A DNA stretch of 31,925 nucleotides, from the NCBI GenBank assembly GCA_946612175.1, contig CAMOEO010000001.1:1-31925 (forward strand), in the 5' to 3' direction. Shown piece after piece: positions 1-7,946 of this stretch (the stretch's first letter is position 1; every line of letters starts with the position of its first letter). The notes below the pieces were generated by a model. That model searched no databases. It had not been told where the DNA came from and saw only the letters and a program-made list of their open reading frames with translations. This DNA is from an uncultured Verrucomicrobiota bacterium (GTDB lineage Bacteria > Verrucomicrobiota > Kiritimatiellia > RFP12 > UBA3636). The translations under genes were made by a program, and so were the position numbers.

Positions 1-609
1 GGCGTACGCGCCGGCGCGGTCGCCGCCGATGCAAACGCCGAGGACGCCGGGGGCGCAGCCCCCGCCCTGGGCGCGCCAGACGGCGTCGAGCGCACAGCGC
101 CGCACCCCCTCGAGGTCGCGCCCCGCCCCGAGCCCGTCGTCGGGGAGCGAGTACTGGCGGCTCTGGTTCTCGCTGCCGCCGCCCTTGAGCAGGAGCGTGG
201 CGCGGGGGACAGACCCCGCGGGGCCGAAGCGGAAGTGGATCGCGGGCGATCCGGGGGCGAAGTTGGAGGACACCTGGCGCCCGGACGGGACCTCGATCAC
301 GTTGAGCCGGAGGTGCCCGGCGGCCGTGGCGGCCGCCACGGCCTCTCGGACGGCCTCCCGAATCGGCAGGACGGGCGTGCCGTCCGGAAGGTCGAACCAG
401 AACGTGGGCGTGCCCGTGTCCTGGCAGGCGGGGACAGACCCCTCGCGCGCGACGGCGTCGTTCTCGAGAAGCGTCGCGAGCGCGGCGCACGCGGACGAGC
501 CTTCCGCCTCCGCTCCTTGGGCGTGGCGCAACGCCCCGACGATGTCGGGAGGAAGCTCCGTGGCGGCGCGGCGGATCAGGTCGGCGAGCGATTCGGAAAG
601 GACGGACAT
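1..609 (-). CDS. Class I (Fe-S) fumarate hydratase / tartrate dehydratase alpha-type domain; partial, its 3' end runs off the left edge
   Basis: Not in the ORF track because it has no stop in the window. My translation reads MSVLSESLADLIRRAATELPPDIVGAL...PACQDTGTPTF...LLLKGGGSENQS...AQGGGCAPGVLGVCIGG, containing the CQDTG, KGGGSEN and GCxP motifs of the family. AAGGAG lies 7 nt before the ATG at 609. An alternative ATG is at 615. Confidence 0.85.
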   Translation of the reverse strand, partial: MSVLSESLADLIRRAATELPPDIVGALRHAQGAEAEGSSACAALATLLENDAVAREGSVPACQDTGTPTFWFDLPDGTPVLPIREAVREAVAAATAAGHLRLNVIEVPSGRQVSSNFAPGSPAIHFRFGPAGSVPRATLLLKGGGSENQSRQYSLPDDGLGAGRDLEGVRRCALDAVWRAQGGGCAPGVLGVCIGGDRAGAYA

Positions 610-634
610 GGGCATTCTCCTTGGAACGGCCTCC

Positions 635-663
635 ATTCTACGCCAAGTTTCGCCCCGCTGCAA
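635..663 (-). promoter_or_regulatory. sigma70-type promoter of the fumarase gene
   Basis: TTGCAG (663-658), 17 nt spacer, TAGAAT (640-635), followed by a short leader with an SD sequence. Confidence 0.6.
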
Positions 664-731
664 CGCCGGAGCGAATATTTCGCGCCGAAACCGCGTCTAA
701 GGAACAAAGGGCGCCTCCTTTCGGCACCCGC

Positions 732-760
732 TTGCATCCCATCCCGGAATCGTCTAGAAT
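732..760 (+). promoter_or_regulatory. sigma70-type promoter, probably leaderless, for the slyB-like gene
   Basis: TTGCAT (732-737), 17 nt, TAGAAT (755-760), 8 nt, ATG at 769. No SD. Confidence 0.65.
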
Positions 761-768
761 TCCTTCCC

Positions 769-1245
769 ATGAACACCACCACCCGTTTCTCCCTCCTCGC
801 GGTCGCCGCGACCGCCCTCCTCCTCGCCCCCGGCTGCGCGTCCGACCTCTCCGGGTCGACCTACTCCCGCGACGGCGCCCGCGCCCAGCAGGCGATCTAC
901 CACGGTACGATCACCCGCGTCGAACAGGTGACGATCGAAGGCACCGACGGCACGCTCGGCGGCATCGGCGGCGCGGTCGCCGGCGCCGCCATCGGCTCCA
1001 CCATGGGCGGCGGCCGCGGCCACACCGTCGGCGGCGCGCTCGGCGGCATCGCAGGCGCGCTCGCGGGCGCCGCGATCGAGAAGGGCGCCACCACGAAGCA
1101 CAACGCCCTCGAGATCACGATCCAGCTCGACGACGGCAGCGAGCGCATCGTCGTCCAGACCGCCGGCAAGGACGCCTTCGCCGTCGGCATGCGCGCCCGC
1201 CTGATCGTCGGGTCGGACGGCACGTCCCGCGTTCGCCCCGAGTAG
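769..1245 (+). CDS. slyB: SlyB/Pcp-family outer-membrane lipoprotein (glycine zipper 2TM), 158 aa
   Basis: Signal peptide with lipobox LLAPGC. Glycine zipper GGIGGAVAGAAIGSTMGGGRG...GGALGGIAGALAGAAIE. Typical C-terminus LEITIQLDDG..IVVQ...F.VG.R. Start moved from the track's 235 to ATG 769. Confidence 0.85.
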   Translation: MNTTTRFSLLAVAATALLLAPGCASDLSGSTYSRDGARAQQAIYHGTITRVEQVTIEGTDGTLGGIGGAVAGAAIGSTMGGGRGHTVGGALGGIAGALAGAAIEKGATTKHNALEITIQLDDGSERIVVQTAGKDAFAVGMRARLIVGSDGTSRVRPE

Positions 1246-1274
1246 GCGATCGCCTTTCCTCCTCTTCGCCCGCC

Positions 1275-1309
1275 CCTTCCGCGCGGCCCCGCCGCGCGGA
1301 AGGCTTTTC
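1275..1309 (+). terminator. Intrinsic terminator-like hairpin after slyB
   Basis: 13-bp perfect stem CCTTCCGCGCGGC / GCCGCGCGGAAGG with a CCC loop, followed by CTTTTC, between convergent genes. Confidence 0.6.
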
Positions 1310-2291
1310 ATTCCTTCCGCGGTTCCTGGACCGCCTTCTTCAGGGCCTGAACCGGCGGTTCGTCGATGCGAATCCGCCCGTTTTCGTCCAGGGCGTAGTC
1401 CATGTACAGAATGTCCGCGTACGTCCCTGCGCGGGCGAGGATCGTTCCGTCCGCACCGATTGCGCAGGACCCTCCGGTGAATCCGCCGTCGGGCTCGAAG
1501 CCGGTCTTGTTCGCAAAGAGCGCCGTCGGCCGCTGGAACGACAGGGCGAGCCGCTTTCCGACCTTCGGGAAGTCCGCGAGAGAACTCCCCATGTCGTTGG
1601 TCAGCCAGGCGGGGTCCCTCTCCTTATCGGACGTCCAGTCCGTGATATGGGCGAACTGGACGATGACGATGTCCGCCTCCCGGTACGAAGGATACTTTCT
1701 CCCGTACGAGGCATCGCGGCAGATCATCAGCCCCACCTTTCCGAACGGCAGCTCGACGAGCGCTTCCGAATCCCCGCGCCGGACGCCTCCGAACGAGTCG
1801 AGAAAGGCGATGTTCCTCTTTTCGTATTTCGCGACGATCCGTCCCGAGGGATCGAAGAGAAGCGACCGGTTTTTCCGTGGAGGGAGCAGTTCCCCCTCTT
1901 TGATCTTTCCGCTTTCCTCGTACGGGATGTTGACGAGAAGATAGCATCGGTTTCTACGGGAAAAGGCGGAGAGACGTCTTTGAATCTTGGCGGCCTTCTT
2001 TCGAAAGTAGAAGAAGGCGTTCCCGTTCAGCGTGTCGTCGGCCGTGCAGAACGAGTATTCCGGCAGCACGATGAACCCGGCGCCGTGGTCGGCCGCCTCC
2101 TGCGCATAGGAGAGCGCATGCCGGATGCTCCATTGGATGAAACCCGGACGCGAGTCGTATTGGCAGATGGCGAACCGCATCTTGCCGTCCGCAAGCTTCG
2201 GAGATCGCGGCAGGTACAGGTAGACGAGGACCCCCGCCGCAACAAGGACGGCGAGAAGCGCGAGGCAAAGGACGCGGCGACGGACGGTCAT
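1308..2291 (-). CDS. Carbon-nitrogen hydrolase (nitrilase superfamily) with an N-terminal membrane anchor, 327 aa
   Basis: E-K-C triad in FIVLPEY, KYEKRNI and GLMICRDA; ANKTG...FTGGSCAIGADG at the C-terminus. N-terminus MTVRRRVLCLALLAVLVAAGVLVYLYL. A -10-like TATCCT abuts the track's ATG at 2321, which favours the start at 2291. Confidence 0.85.
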   Translation of the reverse strand: MTVRRRVLCLALLAVLVAAGVLVYLYLPRSPKLADGKMRFAICQYDSRPGFIQWSIRHALSYAQEAADHGAGFIVLPEYSFCTADDTLNGNAFFYFRKKAAKIQRRLSAFSRRNRCYLLVNIPYEESGKIKEGELLPPRKNRSLLFDPSGRIVAKYEKRNIAFLDSFGGVRRGDSEALVELPFGKVGLMICRDASYGRKYPSYREADIVIVQFAHITDWTSDKERDPAWLTNDMGSSLADFPKVGKRLALSFQRPTALFANKTGFEPDGGFTGGSCAIGADGTILARAGTYADILYMDYALDENGRIRIDEPPVQALKKAVQEPRKE

Positions 2292-2553
2292 GGAGAAATT
2301 CTTTGTTTGAAAGAACCGCATAGGATAGCGGAACTTGCGAAACTCGTCAAATCGAAAATGGATTCGACTTCAGGAATCTCGTTTCTGTGTTTTTGCACAA
2401 ATATCTGGAACGAAATGACTTGTTTTCGAATGAAGAACCGAAGGAACAACAACGGCCACAAGAAGGAAATACAATGAAAAAAGGAGAAAGAAAGCAGATT
2501 TTTTACATAGAAAGATTATTATTTGTTGCTTTTCAATGTAGAAATATTGCTTC

Positions 2554-2626
2554 AGCGAAATCGTTCATTTCGCTCTATTTTGTCACAGAGAAATGACATT
2601 TTTCCACAATCGTGACAAAATGTCAC
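2554..2626. promoter_or_regulatory. Cluster of inverted repeats, candidate enhancer/operator sites
   Basis: AGCGAAAT-5-ATTTCGCT (2554-2574); ATTTTGTCAC (2577-2586) inverted against GTGACAAAAT (2612-2621); TGTCA-8-TGACA (2581-2598); GTGACA-AAA-TGTCAC (2612-2626). Confidence 0.4.
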
Positions 2627-2670
2627 TTTCTGGATTCCTTTTCTAGGCGGACGTAGGCATGGCAGCCGGG

Positions 2671-2686
2671 TTGGCACGGCGCATGC
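2671..2686 (+). promoter_or_regulatory. sigma54 (-24/-12) promoter candidate for the hsp20 pair
   Basis: TTGGCACG-GCGC-ATGC fits the TGGCAC-N5-TTGC consensus with exact GG-N10-GC spacing, 60 nt before the hsp20 start. Confidence 0.5.
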
Positions 2687-2745
2687 GCTAGAAAGGGCGT
2701 CAACAAAACAAGGCCCCGAAGAGGGGCGGAAAGGAAAACAACGCC

Positions 2746-3171
2746 ATGAACACGCTCTTCGACATGACCCCGTGGGGACTTCTCCACGATCTGCTGAACA
2801 TCGACACCGACCAGTTCCACCACGTGTGGAAGAATCTCGAGAATCGCGCCGCCGGCCGCTTCCCGCCCGTGAACGTCTTCACGGACGATAGCGCGATCCG
2901 CCTGGAGGTCCTGCTTCCCGGCCGCACGGCCAAGGACGTCGACCTCACGATCGAGAACGCGGCCGTGGTCCTCGCCGACCATCCGGCGGAACCCGACGCC
3001 AAGGACGGCGCCTCCGAGCACCGCAACCCCGCCTGGATCCGCAAGATCGAGCTCCCGTTCCGCGTGGACGAGACGAAGGCCTCCGCCGCGTTCCGCGACG
3101 GCATCCTGCGGGTCGACCTCCCCAAGAAGGTCGAGATCCCCGCGCACCGCATCGCGATCGCCTGCGGCTAG
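2746..3171 (+). CDS. Hsp20/alpha-crystallin small heat-shock protein, 141 aa
   Basis: FPPVNV...LEVLLPG..AKDVDLTIEN...IELPFRVDETKASAAFRDGILRVDLPK matches the alpha-crystallin core. SD-like AAAGGA upstream. Confidence 0.9.
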   Translation: MNTLFDMTPWGLLHDLLNIDTDQFHHVWKNLENRAAGRFPPVNVFTDDSAIRLEVLLPGRTAKDVDLTIENAAVVLADHPAEPDAKDGASEHRNPAWIRKIELPFRVDETKASAAFRDGILRVDLPKKVEIPAHRIAIACG

Positions 3172-3225
3172 CGCGACCGCAAACCCACCCCGAACACAAG
3201 AAATCGAAAAGGAAAGGATCTTCCC

Positions 3226-3582
3226 ATGAGCAACACCTGCACCTGCAACGAAACCTGCGCCACTCCCGCGGTCTACATGGCCGAGCGTCCCGAGGGCTAC
3301 GACATCACCTTCGAGGTCCCCGGCGCCGGCAAGGGCGACGTCGACCTGCACGTCGACGGCCGCACGCTCCGCCTCCGCACCAACAAGAAGCCCGCCGAGA
3401 AACCGGCCGGCTACCGCGAGTCGATCCGCGAGTTCGACCCCGACCTCAACTACGCGGTGTCCGTCGACCTGCCCGAACTGGCCGACCCCGCCACGATCAA
3501 GGCCACGGTCGAGAACGGCGTGCTGCGCGTCTTCGTCGCCAAGCGCCCCGAGAACCAGCCCCGCCGCATCGAGATCGGCTAG
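3226..3582 (+). CDS. Hsp20/alpha-crystallin small heat-shock protein, second of a tandem pair, 118 aa
   Basis: YDITFEVPGAGKGDVDLHVDGRTL...LPELADPATIKATVENGVLRV and a C-terminal PRRIEI (IxI) motif. AAGGAAAGGA upstream. Confidence 0.9.
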   Translation: MSNTCTCNETCATPAVYMAERPEGYDITFEVPGAGKGDVDLHVDGRTLRLRTNKKPAEKPAGYRESIREFDPDLNYAVSVDLPELADPATIKATVENGVLRVFVAKRPENQPRRIEIG

Positions 3583-3613
3583 CCCCGCCGAAGCCCGTCC
3601 CGCGTCCGCGGCC

Positions 3614-3643
3614 TTGCGGACGGGGCGGCGCTTCTGCTAGAAT
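3614..3643 (+). promoter_or_regulatory. sigma70-type extended -10 promoter, probably leaderless, for the M28-GT9 genes
   Basis: TTGCGG (3614-3619), 18 nt, TGcTAGAAT (3635-3643), 7 nt, ATG at 3651. Confidence 0.6.
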
Positions 3644-3650
3644 CGGCCCC

Positions 3651-4724
3651 ATGCGCCGGTTCCCCTCCCCCGCGCGCGTCCCGCGCGCCGTTTCCGCCCT
3701 CGCCCTCGCCGCCCTTCTTGCGGCGGTGGCGGGGTGCGGCCGTTCCCGGACCCCCCGGGAGGTCGCGTGGGACGTCCTCCCGAACGACGCGGGCCTCGGC
3801 ATGTACGAGTACGTCGCGGACCTCGTGAAGACCGCCTCCCCGCGCGATGCGGGGACGCTCGGTGCCGCGCGCGCCTCCCGGTGGATCGCCCAGGAGCTCA
3901 AACGGATGGGACTCCGGCCCGAGGCGGACTGCTGGACCGAGACGACGCCGCAGGGCCGCAAGACGTTTTGCAACATCTACGTCGACTTCCCCGGTACCTC
4001 CGGTCAGACGGTCCTGCTCGTCTCCCACTACGACACCAAGTCCGGCATCCCCGGCTTCCAGGGGGCCAACGACGGCGGTTCCTCCGTGGGAATCCTCCTC
4101 GGGCTCGCGGAGCACTTCGTCTCCCATCGACTCCGTCTGCGCAACACGGTTCGCCTCGCCTTCGTCGACGGCGAGGAGGCCGTCGGCTCCTACCATCTCG
4201 ACTCCCCTCCCTTCGACGGCCTCCATGGCTCCAGCCGCCTCGCCCGCCACTACGAGGAACTCTGGCGGGAGGCAAGGGACCGATCGCCGGGGCGCATCCC
4301 GCCGCCGCCGCTCCTGGCCTGCATCGTCCTGGACATGGTCGGCGACCGCAACCTCCGCATCGACATTCCGCGCAACTCCTCCGTCTGGCTCGCCCGCGCG
4401 GCCATGCGCGCGGCCGAGGAACGCGACGATCTCCCCATCGTGACCCTCGCCACGTCCTGGACGATCGACGACCACGTTCCGTTCATCGCCCGGAACTTCT
4501 CCGCCATCGACTTCATCGACTTCGAGTACGGCTCCGCCGCGGGCCGCCATGACTACTGGCACACGGCCGAGGACACGCTGGACAAGATCTCCGCCCGCTC
4601 CCTCCACCGCTCGGCGTCCCTCGCGCTCGCCCTCCTCTCGCGCATCGAGGCGGGGACCGAGGTTCCGCGCGAACTCCTCGCCAACGATCCCGGTTCCTCC
4701 CCGGAGGAGGCCGACGCTCCATGA
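3651..4724 (+). CDS. M28-family Zn metalloenzyme lipoprotein, glutaminyl-cyclase-like, 357 aa
   Basis: Lipobox AAVAGC. Motifs SHYDTK, GANDGGSS, FVDGEEA, LHGS, LDMVG, DDHVPF and WHTAEDT follow the M28/QC motif order. Confidence 0.8.
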   Translation: MRRFPSPARVPRAVSALALAALLAAVAGCGRSRTPREVAWDVLPNDAGLGMYEYVADLVKTASPRDAGTLGAARASRWIAQELKRMGLRPEADCWTETTPQGRKTFCNIYVDFPGTSGQTVLLVSHYDTKSGIPGFQGANDGGSSVGILLGLAEHFVSHRLRLRNTVRLAFVDGEEAVGSYHLDSPPFDGLHGSSRLARHYEELWREARDRSPGRIPPPPLLACIVLDMVGDRNLRIDIPRNSSVWLARAAMRAAEERDDLPIVTLATSWTIDDHVPFIARNFSAIDFIDFEYGSAAGRHDYWHTAEDTLDKISARSLHRSASLALALLSRIEAGTEVPRELLANDPGSSPEEADAP

Positions 4725-5821
4725 GCGCCCGCGTCCGGATCCTCAAGCGGCTCGACGCCCTGGCCGGCCCCCCGCTCTGCGCCCTGTTCTCCCGCCCGCA
4801 GCGCGAGCCCGAACGCCGCACGCTGCGCGACTTCCCCGGCGGACGCGTCCTCTTTCTCCGCCCCGGAGGCATCGGCGACGCCGTGCTGCTCCTTCCCGCC
4901 CTCTCCGCCCTCCGCAGGGCGCTTCCGGGCCATCCCGTCGATGTCCTCTGCGAAGGCCGCAACGCCGCGCTCTTCGAGGCGTCCGGCCTCGTCGATCGAG
5001 TCCTTCGCTACGACGCCCGCCCCCTCTCCGTCCTCTTCGCCCTTCGCCGCGCCCGCTACGCGGCCGCTCTCGACGCCGAGCAGTTCCACCGCTTCTCGGC
5101 CGTCCTGGCGGCTCTGACCCGCGCCCCGCTCCGCATCGGCTTCAACGCCTCCCCCGTTCGTCTCGGCCTCTACACGCACACCGTCCCCTACGACCAGCAG
5201 GACCCCGAGGACGCGCTCTTCGGCCGCCTCGTCGCCGCCGCCCTCGGCGGCCCCGTCGAACTCCCGCCCCGCCTCGGCATCCTCCCGTCCTCCCTCCTCC
5301 CTCCCCCTCCCACGGAGCTGCCCGCCCGTTTCGTCGCCCTCCACGTCGGCGGCTCCGCGCCCTGCAAGCGCTGGCCCGCCGAACGCTTCGCCGCGCTCGC
5401 CCGCGCCCTTCGGGAGCGCCTCGCGCTGCCCTCGGTCCTGCTCGGCTCCGCGGCCGATCGCGCGGACGTCGCCGCCGTCGCCGCCGCGTCCGGAGCCATC
5501 GACCTCGGCGGCCGGCTCTCCCTCGCGCAGGTCGCCTCGGTCTGCGCCCGCGCTGCGCTCGTCGTCGGCCCCGATTCCGGCGTCGCCCATCTTTCTGTCG
5601 CCGCGGGCACTCCGGCCGTCGTCCTCTTCGGCCCCAGCGATCCGCTCAAGTGGGGGCCGCCCTCCGACGCCGGCGAGGCGCTCCGCCATCCCCTCCCCTG
5701 CTCCCCCTGCTCCATGTTCGGCTACACCAAGCCCTGCCGGCGGTTCGCCTGCATGGAGGCGCTCTCCGTGGAGGAGGTCTTCGCGGCCGTCGAGCGACGA
5801 TTGCGGGAAGAAATAAAATAA
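4721..5821 (+). CDS. Glycosyltransferase family 9 (RfaF/RfaQ heptosyltransferase-like), 366 aa
   Basis: [35 protein letters not shown] and [26 protein letters not shown] motifs. ATGA overlap with the M28 gene. Confidence 0.9.
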   Translation: MSARVRILKRLDALAGPPLCALFSRPQREPERRTLRDFPGGRVLFLRPGGIGDAVLLLPALSALRRALPGHPVDVLCEGRNAALFEASGLVDRVLRYDARPLSVLFALRRARYAAALDAEQFHRFSAVLAALTRAPLRIGFNASPVRLGLYTHTVPYDQQDPEDALFGRLVAAALGGPVELPPRLGILPSSLLPPPPTELPARFVALHVGGSAPCKRWPAERFAALARALRERLALPSVLLGSAADRADVAAVAAASGAIDLGGRLSLAQVASVCARAALVVGPDSGVAHLSVAAGTPAVVLFGPSDPLKWGPPSDAGEALRHPLPCSPCSMFGYTKPCRRFACMEALSVEEVFAAVERRLREEIK

Positions 5822-5831
5822 ATCGATTTAT
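5818..5831. promoter_or_regulatory. Perfect 14-bp AT-rich palindrome ATAAATCGATTTAT, operator-like
   Basis: Exact palindrome in an abrupt ~40-bp AT-rich gap just upstream of mnmG. Function unknown. Confidence 0.3.
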
Positions 5832-5849
5832 ATATTTCATTTCCTAAAA

Positions 5850-7946
5850 ATGCGTCCGAATCTTCCCGAAAGCACGATGGACCGCGACGCGGACGTCGTC
5901 GTGGTCGGCGGCGGCCATGCCGGCGCGGAAGCCGCGCTCGCTGCGGCACGCCTGGGCGCACGAACCCTCCTGCTCACGCTGCGCCCCGACAAGATCGCCG
6001 CCATGCCGTGCAATCCCTCGATCGGCGGCATCGCCAAGTCCCACCTCGTCTTCGAGCTCGACGCGCTGGGCGGCGAAATGGCGCGCAACGCGGACTATGC
6101 CGGACTCCAGTTCCGCGTCCTCAATACGCGCCGCGGGCCCGCCGTCCGGGCGAACCGGGTCCAGTGCGACAAGTACGTCTACAAAGGGCGCATGCGCGCC
6201 GTTCTGGAGGATACCCCGGGACTCGCCGTCATCGAGGACGAGGTTGTCGCGCTTCTTCTGCAAGGGGATATCGTCCGTGGCGTCGCCACCCTCCGCCATG
6301 GGGAGATTCGCGCATCGCGCGTGATCCTTTCCGCCGGAACCTTCCTCCGCGGTACCATCCATATTGGCCACGAATCCTTTCCCGGCGGAGGCAACGGGCA
6401 GCCGGCCTCCAATCCGCTCGCCGACCAGCTCCGGAAGGCGATGTTCCACGTGGAACGTCTCAAGACCGGGACCCCGCCACGTCTGGACCCCGCCACCATC
6501 GACTGGTCGCGGACCACCCGACAGGATGGCGAAACCGATCCGATTCCCTTTCTTTCCTTTGAGGCGACCTTGTTCTTCGGAGAGGGAGGATCTGCCGACT
6601 CGGTGTTCCACGTGGAACACACTCCTGTTCTTTCTGTCCCATCTCCTACGAGTCTTGCTTCTACCGACCCGGTGTTCCACGTGGAACACACACCTGTTCT
6701 TCCTGTCCCATCTCCTACGAGTCCTGCTTCTACCGACCCGGTGTTCCACGTGGAACACGCCGAAGCGTCCTCACTGCTCCGCTATCGCGCAGCCGGCTGG
6801 ACATCGGTTCCCGAAGGCGCACCGCAGACGCCGTGCCGCGCGACGCACACGACGGAGGAGACCTGCCGGATCGTGCGCGAAAACCTCGACCAGACGGCCC
6901 TCTACGGCGGCGACATCGTGGGCGTCGGTCCGCGCTACTGCCCTTCGTTCGAGGACAAGGTGGTGAAATTCTCCGACCGGACGGAGCATCACGTCTTCCT
7001 GGAGCCCGAATCCGGCGACCCGGCCCGGAACCTGGTCTACCCCAACGGACTCTCGACGAGCCTTCCCCGCGATATCCAGGAGCGAATGGTACGCTCGGTT
7101 CCCGGGCTGGAGAAGGCGCGATTCGCGGCCTACGCCTACGCCATCGAGTACGATTTCTACGATCCGCGGGACCTCTTTCCCTCGCTCGAGTCGAAACTTG
7201 TCCACGGTCTCTTCCTCGCCGGCCAGGTGAACGGCACGACGGGGTACGAGGAGGCCGCCGCGCAGGGTTTCCTTGCCGGGGTCAACGCCGTCCGTTCCCT
7301 CCGCGGCCTCGACCCGCTCGTCCTGCCCCGCGACGAAGCCTACATGGGCGTGATGGTCGACGACCTCGTCACCAAGGGAACCAACGAACCCTACCGCATG
7401 TTCACCTCCCGAGCGGAGCACCGGCTCCTGCTGCGGCAGGACGGCGCCCGTTTCCGGCTGCTGGACCGCGCCCGGGAGGTCGGAATCGTCCCCGAACCCG
7501 TCCTCGCGGCGGCGGCTTACGAGCGGCAGCTTGTCGAAGAGGAGGTTCGCCGGCTCGACGAAACCCGTGATCGCGGCATTCCGCTTTCCTCGCTCCTCTG
7601 CCGCGATGGGAACGGCTATGCCTCTCTTCCCGGCGCCAGGCCGCTGCCGCCCCGGCTGATCCGGGAGATCGAACTGGCGGTCCGCTATCGGGGCTACATC
7701 GGGATGGAGGAGCGGCGTGCGGCCCAGATGCGTAGGCAGGAGGCGATGCGAATCCCCCGGGATCTCGACTATGCCTCCATTCCGGCGCTTCGCTTCGAAT
7801 CGAGAGAGAAGCTCTCCCGAATCCGTCCCGAAAACCTCGGCCAGGCCTCGCGTGTCCCGGGCGTCACCCCGGCCGACATCGCCGTCCTATCGGTCGTCCT
7901 GTCCCGCCGTCGGGATGAAAAGGAGTATATCCGCCTAGATGAGTAG
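5850..7946 (+). CDS. mnmG: tRNA uridine-5-carboxymethylaminomethyl(34) synthesis enzyme MnmG (GidA) with an ~80-aa internal insertion
   Basis: [81 protein letters not shown] and [12 protein letters not shown] motifs. The start may instead be ATG 5877. Confidence 0.97.
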   Translation: MRPNLPESTMDRDADVVVVGGGHAGAEAALAAARLGARTLLLTLRPDKIAAMPCNPSIGGIAKSHLVFELDALGGEMARNADYAGLQFRVLNTRRGPAVRANRVQCDKYVYKGRMRAVLEDTPGLAVIEDEVVALLLQGDIVRGVATLRHGEIRASRVILSAGTFLRGTIHIGHESFPGGGNGQPASNPLADQLRKAMFHVERLKTGTPPRLDPATIDWSRTTRQDGETDPIPFLSFEATLFFGEGGSADSVFHVEHTPVLSVPSPTSLASTDPVFHVEHTPVLPVPSPTSPASTDPVFHVEHAEASSLLRYRAAGWTSVPEGAPQTPCRATHTTEETCRIVRENLDQTALYGGDIVGVGPRYCPSFEDKVVKFSDRTEHHVFLEPESGDPARNLVYPNGLSTSLPRDIQERMVRSVPGLEKARFAAYAYAIEYDFYDPRDLFPSLESKLVHGLFLAGQVNGTTGYEEAAAQGFLAGVNAVRSLRGLDPLVLPRDEAYMGVMVDDLVTKGTNEPYRMFTSRAEHRLLLRQDGARFRLLDRAREVGIVPEPVLAAAAYERQLVEEEVRRLDETRDRGIPLSSLLCRDGNGYASLPGARPLPPRLIREIELAVRYRGYIGMEERRAAQMRRQEAMRIPRDLDYASIPALRFESREKLSRIRPENLGQASRVPGVTPADIAVLSVVLSRRRDEKEYIRLDE
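6442..6457. other. parS site (15/16 palindrome)
   Basis: TGTTCCACGTGGAACG, encoding M-F-H-V-E-R immediately before LKTGTPPR. Confidence 0.75.
6604..6619. other. parS site (perfect palindrome)
   Basis: TGTTCCACGTGGAACA, extending to the 18-bp palindrome GTGTTCCACGTGGAACAC. Matches the established parS consensus TGTTNCACGTGNAACA. Confidence 0.85.
6673..6688. other. parS site (perfect palindrome)
   Basis: TGTTCCACGTGGAACA, 69 bp after the previous copy. Confidence 0.85.
6742..6757. other. parS site (perfect palindrome)
   Basis: TGTTCCACGTGGAACA, 69 bp after the previous copy. Confidence 0.85.

Larger units (their letters stand above)
6601..6758 (+). repeat. 69-bp in-frame tandem repeat (2.3 copies), each unit starting with a parS site
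   Basis: Units 6601-6669 and 6670-6738 differ at 3 of 69 positions; a partial third unit spans 6739-6758. Encodes [10 protein letters not shown][S/P]VPSPTS[L/P]ASTDP. Confidence 0.95.

Noticed and set aside
29-2477. Track ORFs 29..700, 235..768 extension and 621..2477 (+)
   Set aside because: Pro/Arg/Ala-rich shadow frames overlapping well-supported genes (fumarase, slyB, CN hydrolase). No family motifs.
6560-6830. Intein or intron as the explanation for the MnmG insertion
   Set aside because: No Cys/Ser start with a His-Asn end, no homing-endonuclease motifs and no group I/II intron features. The insertion is explained by parS-containing repeats.
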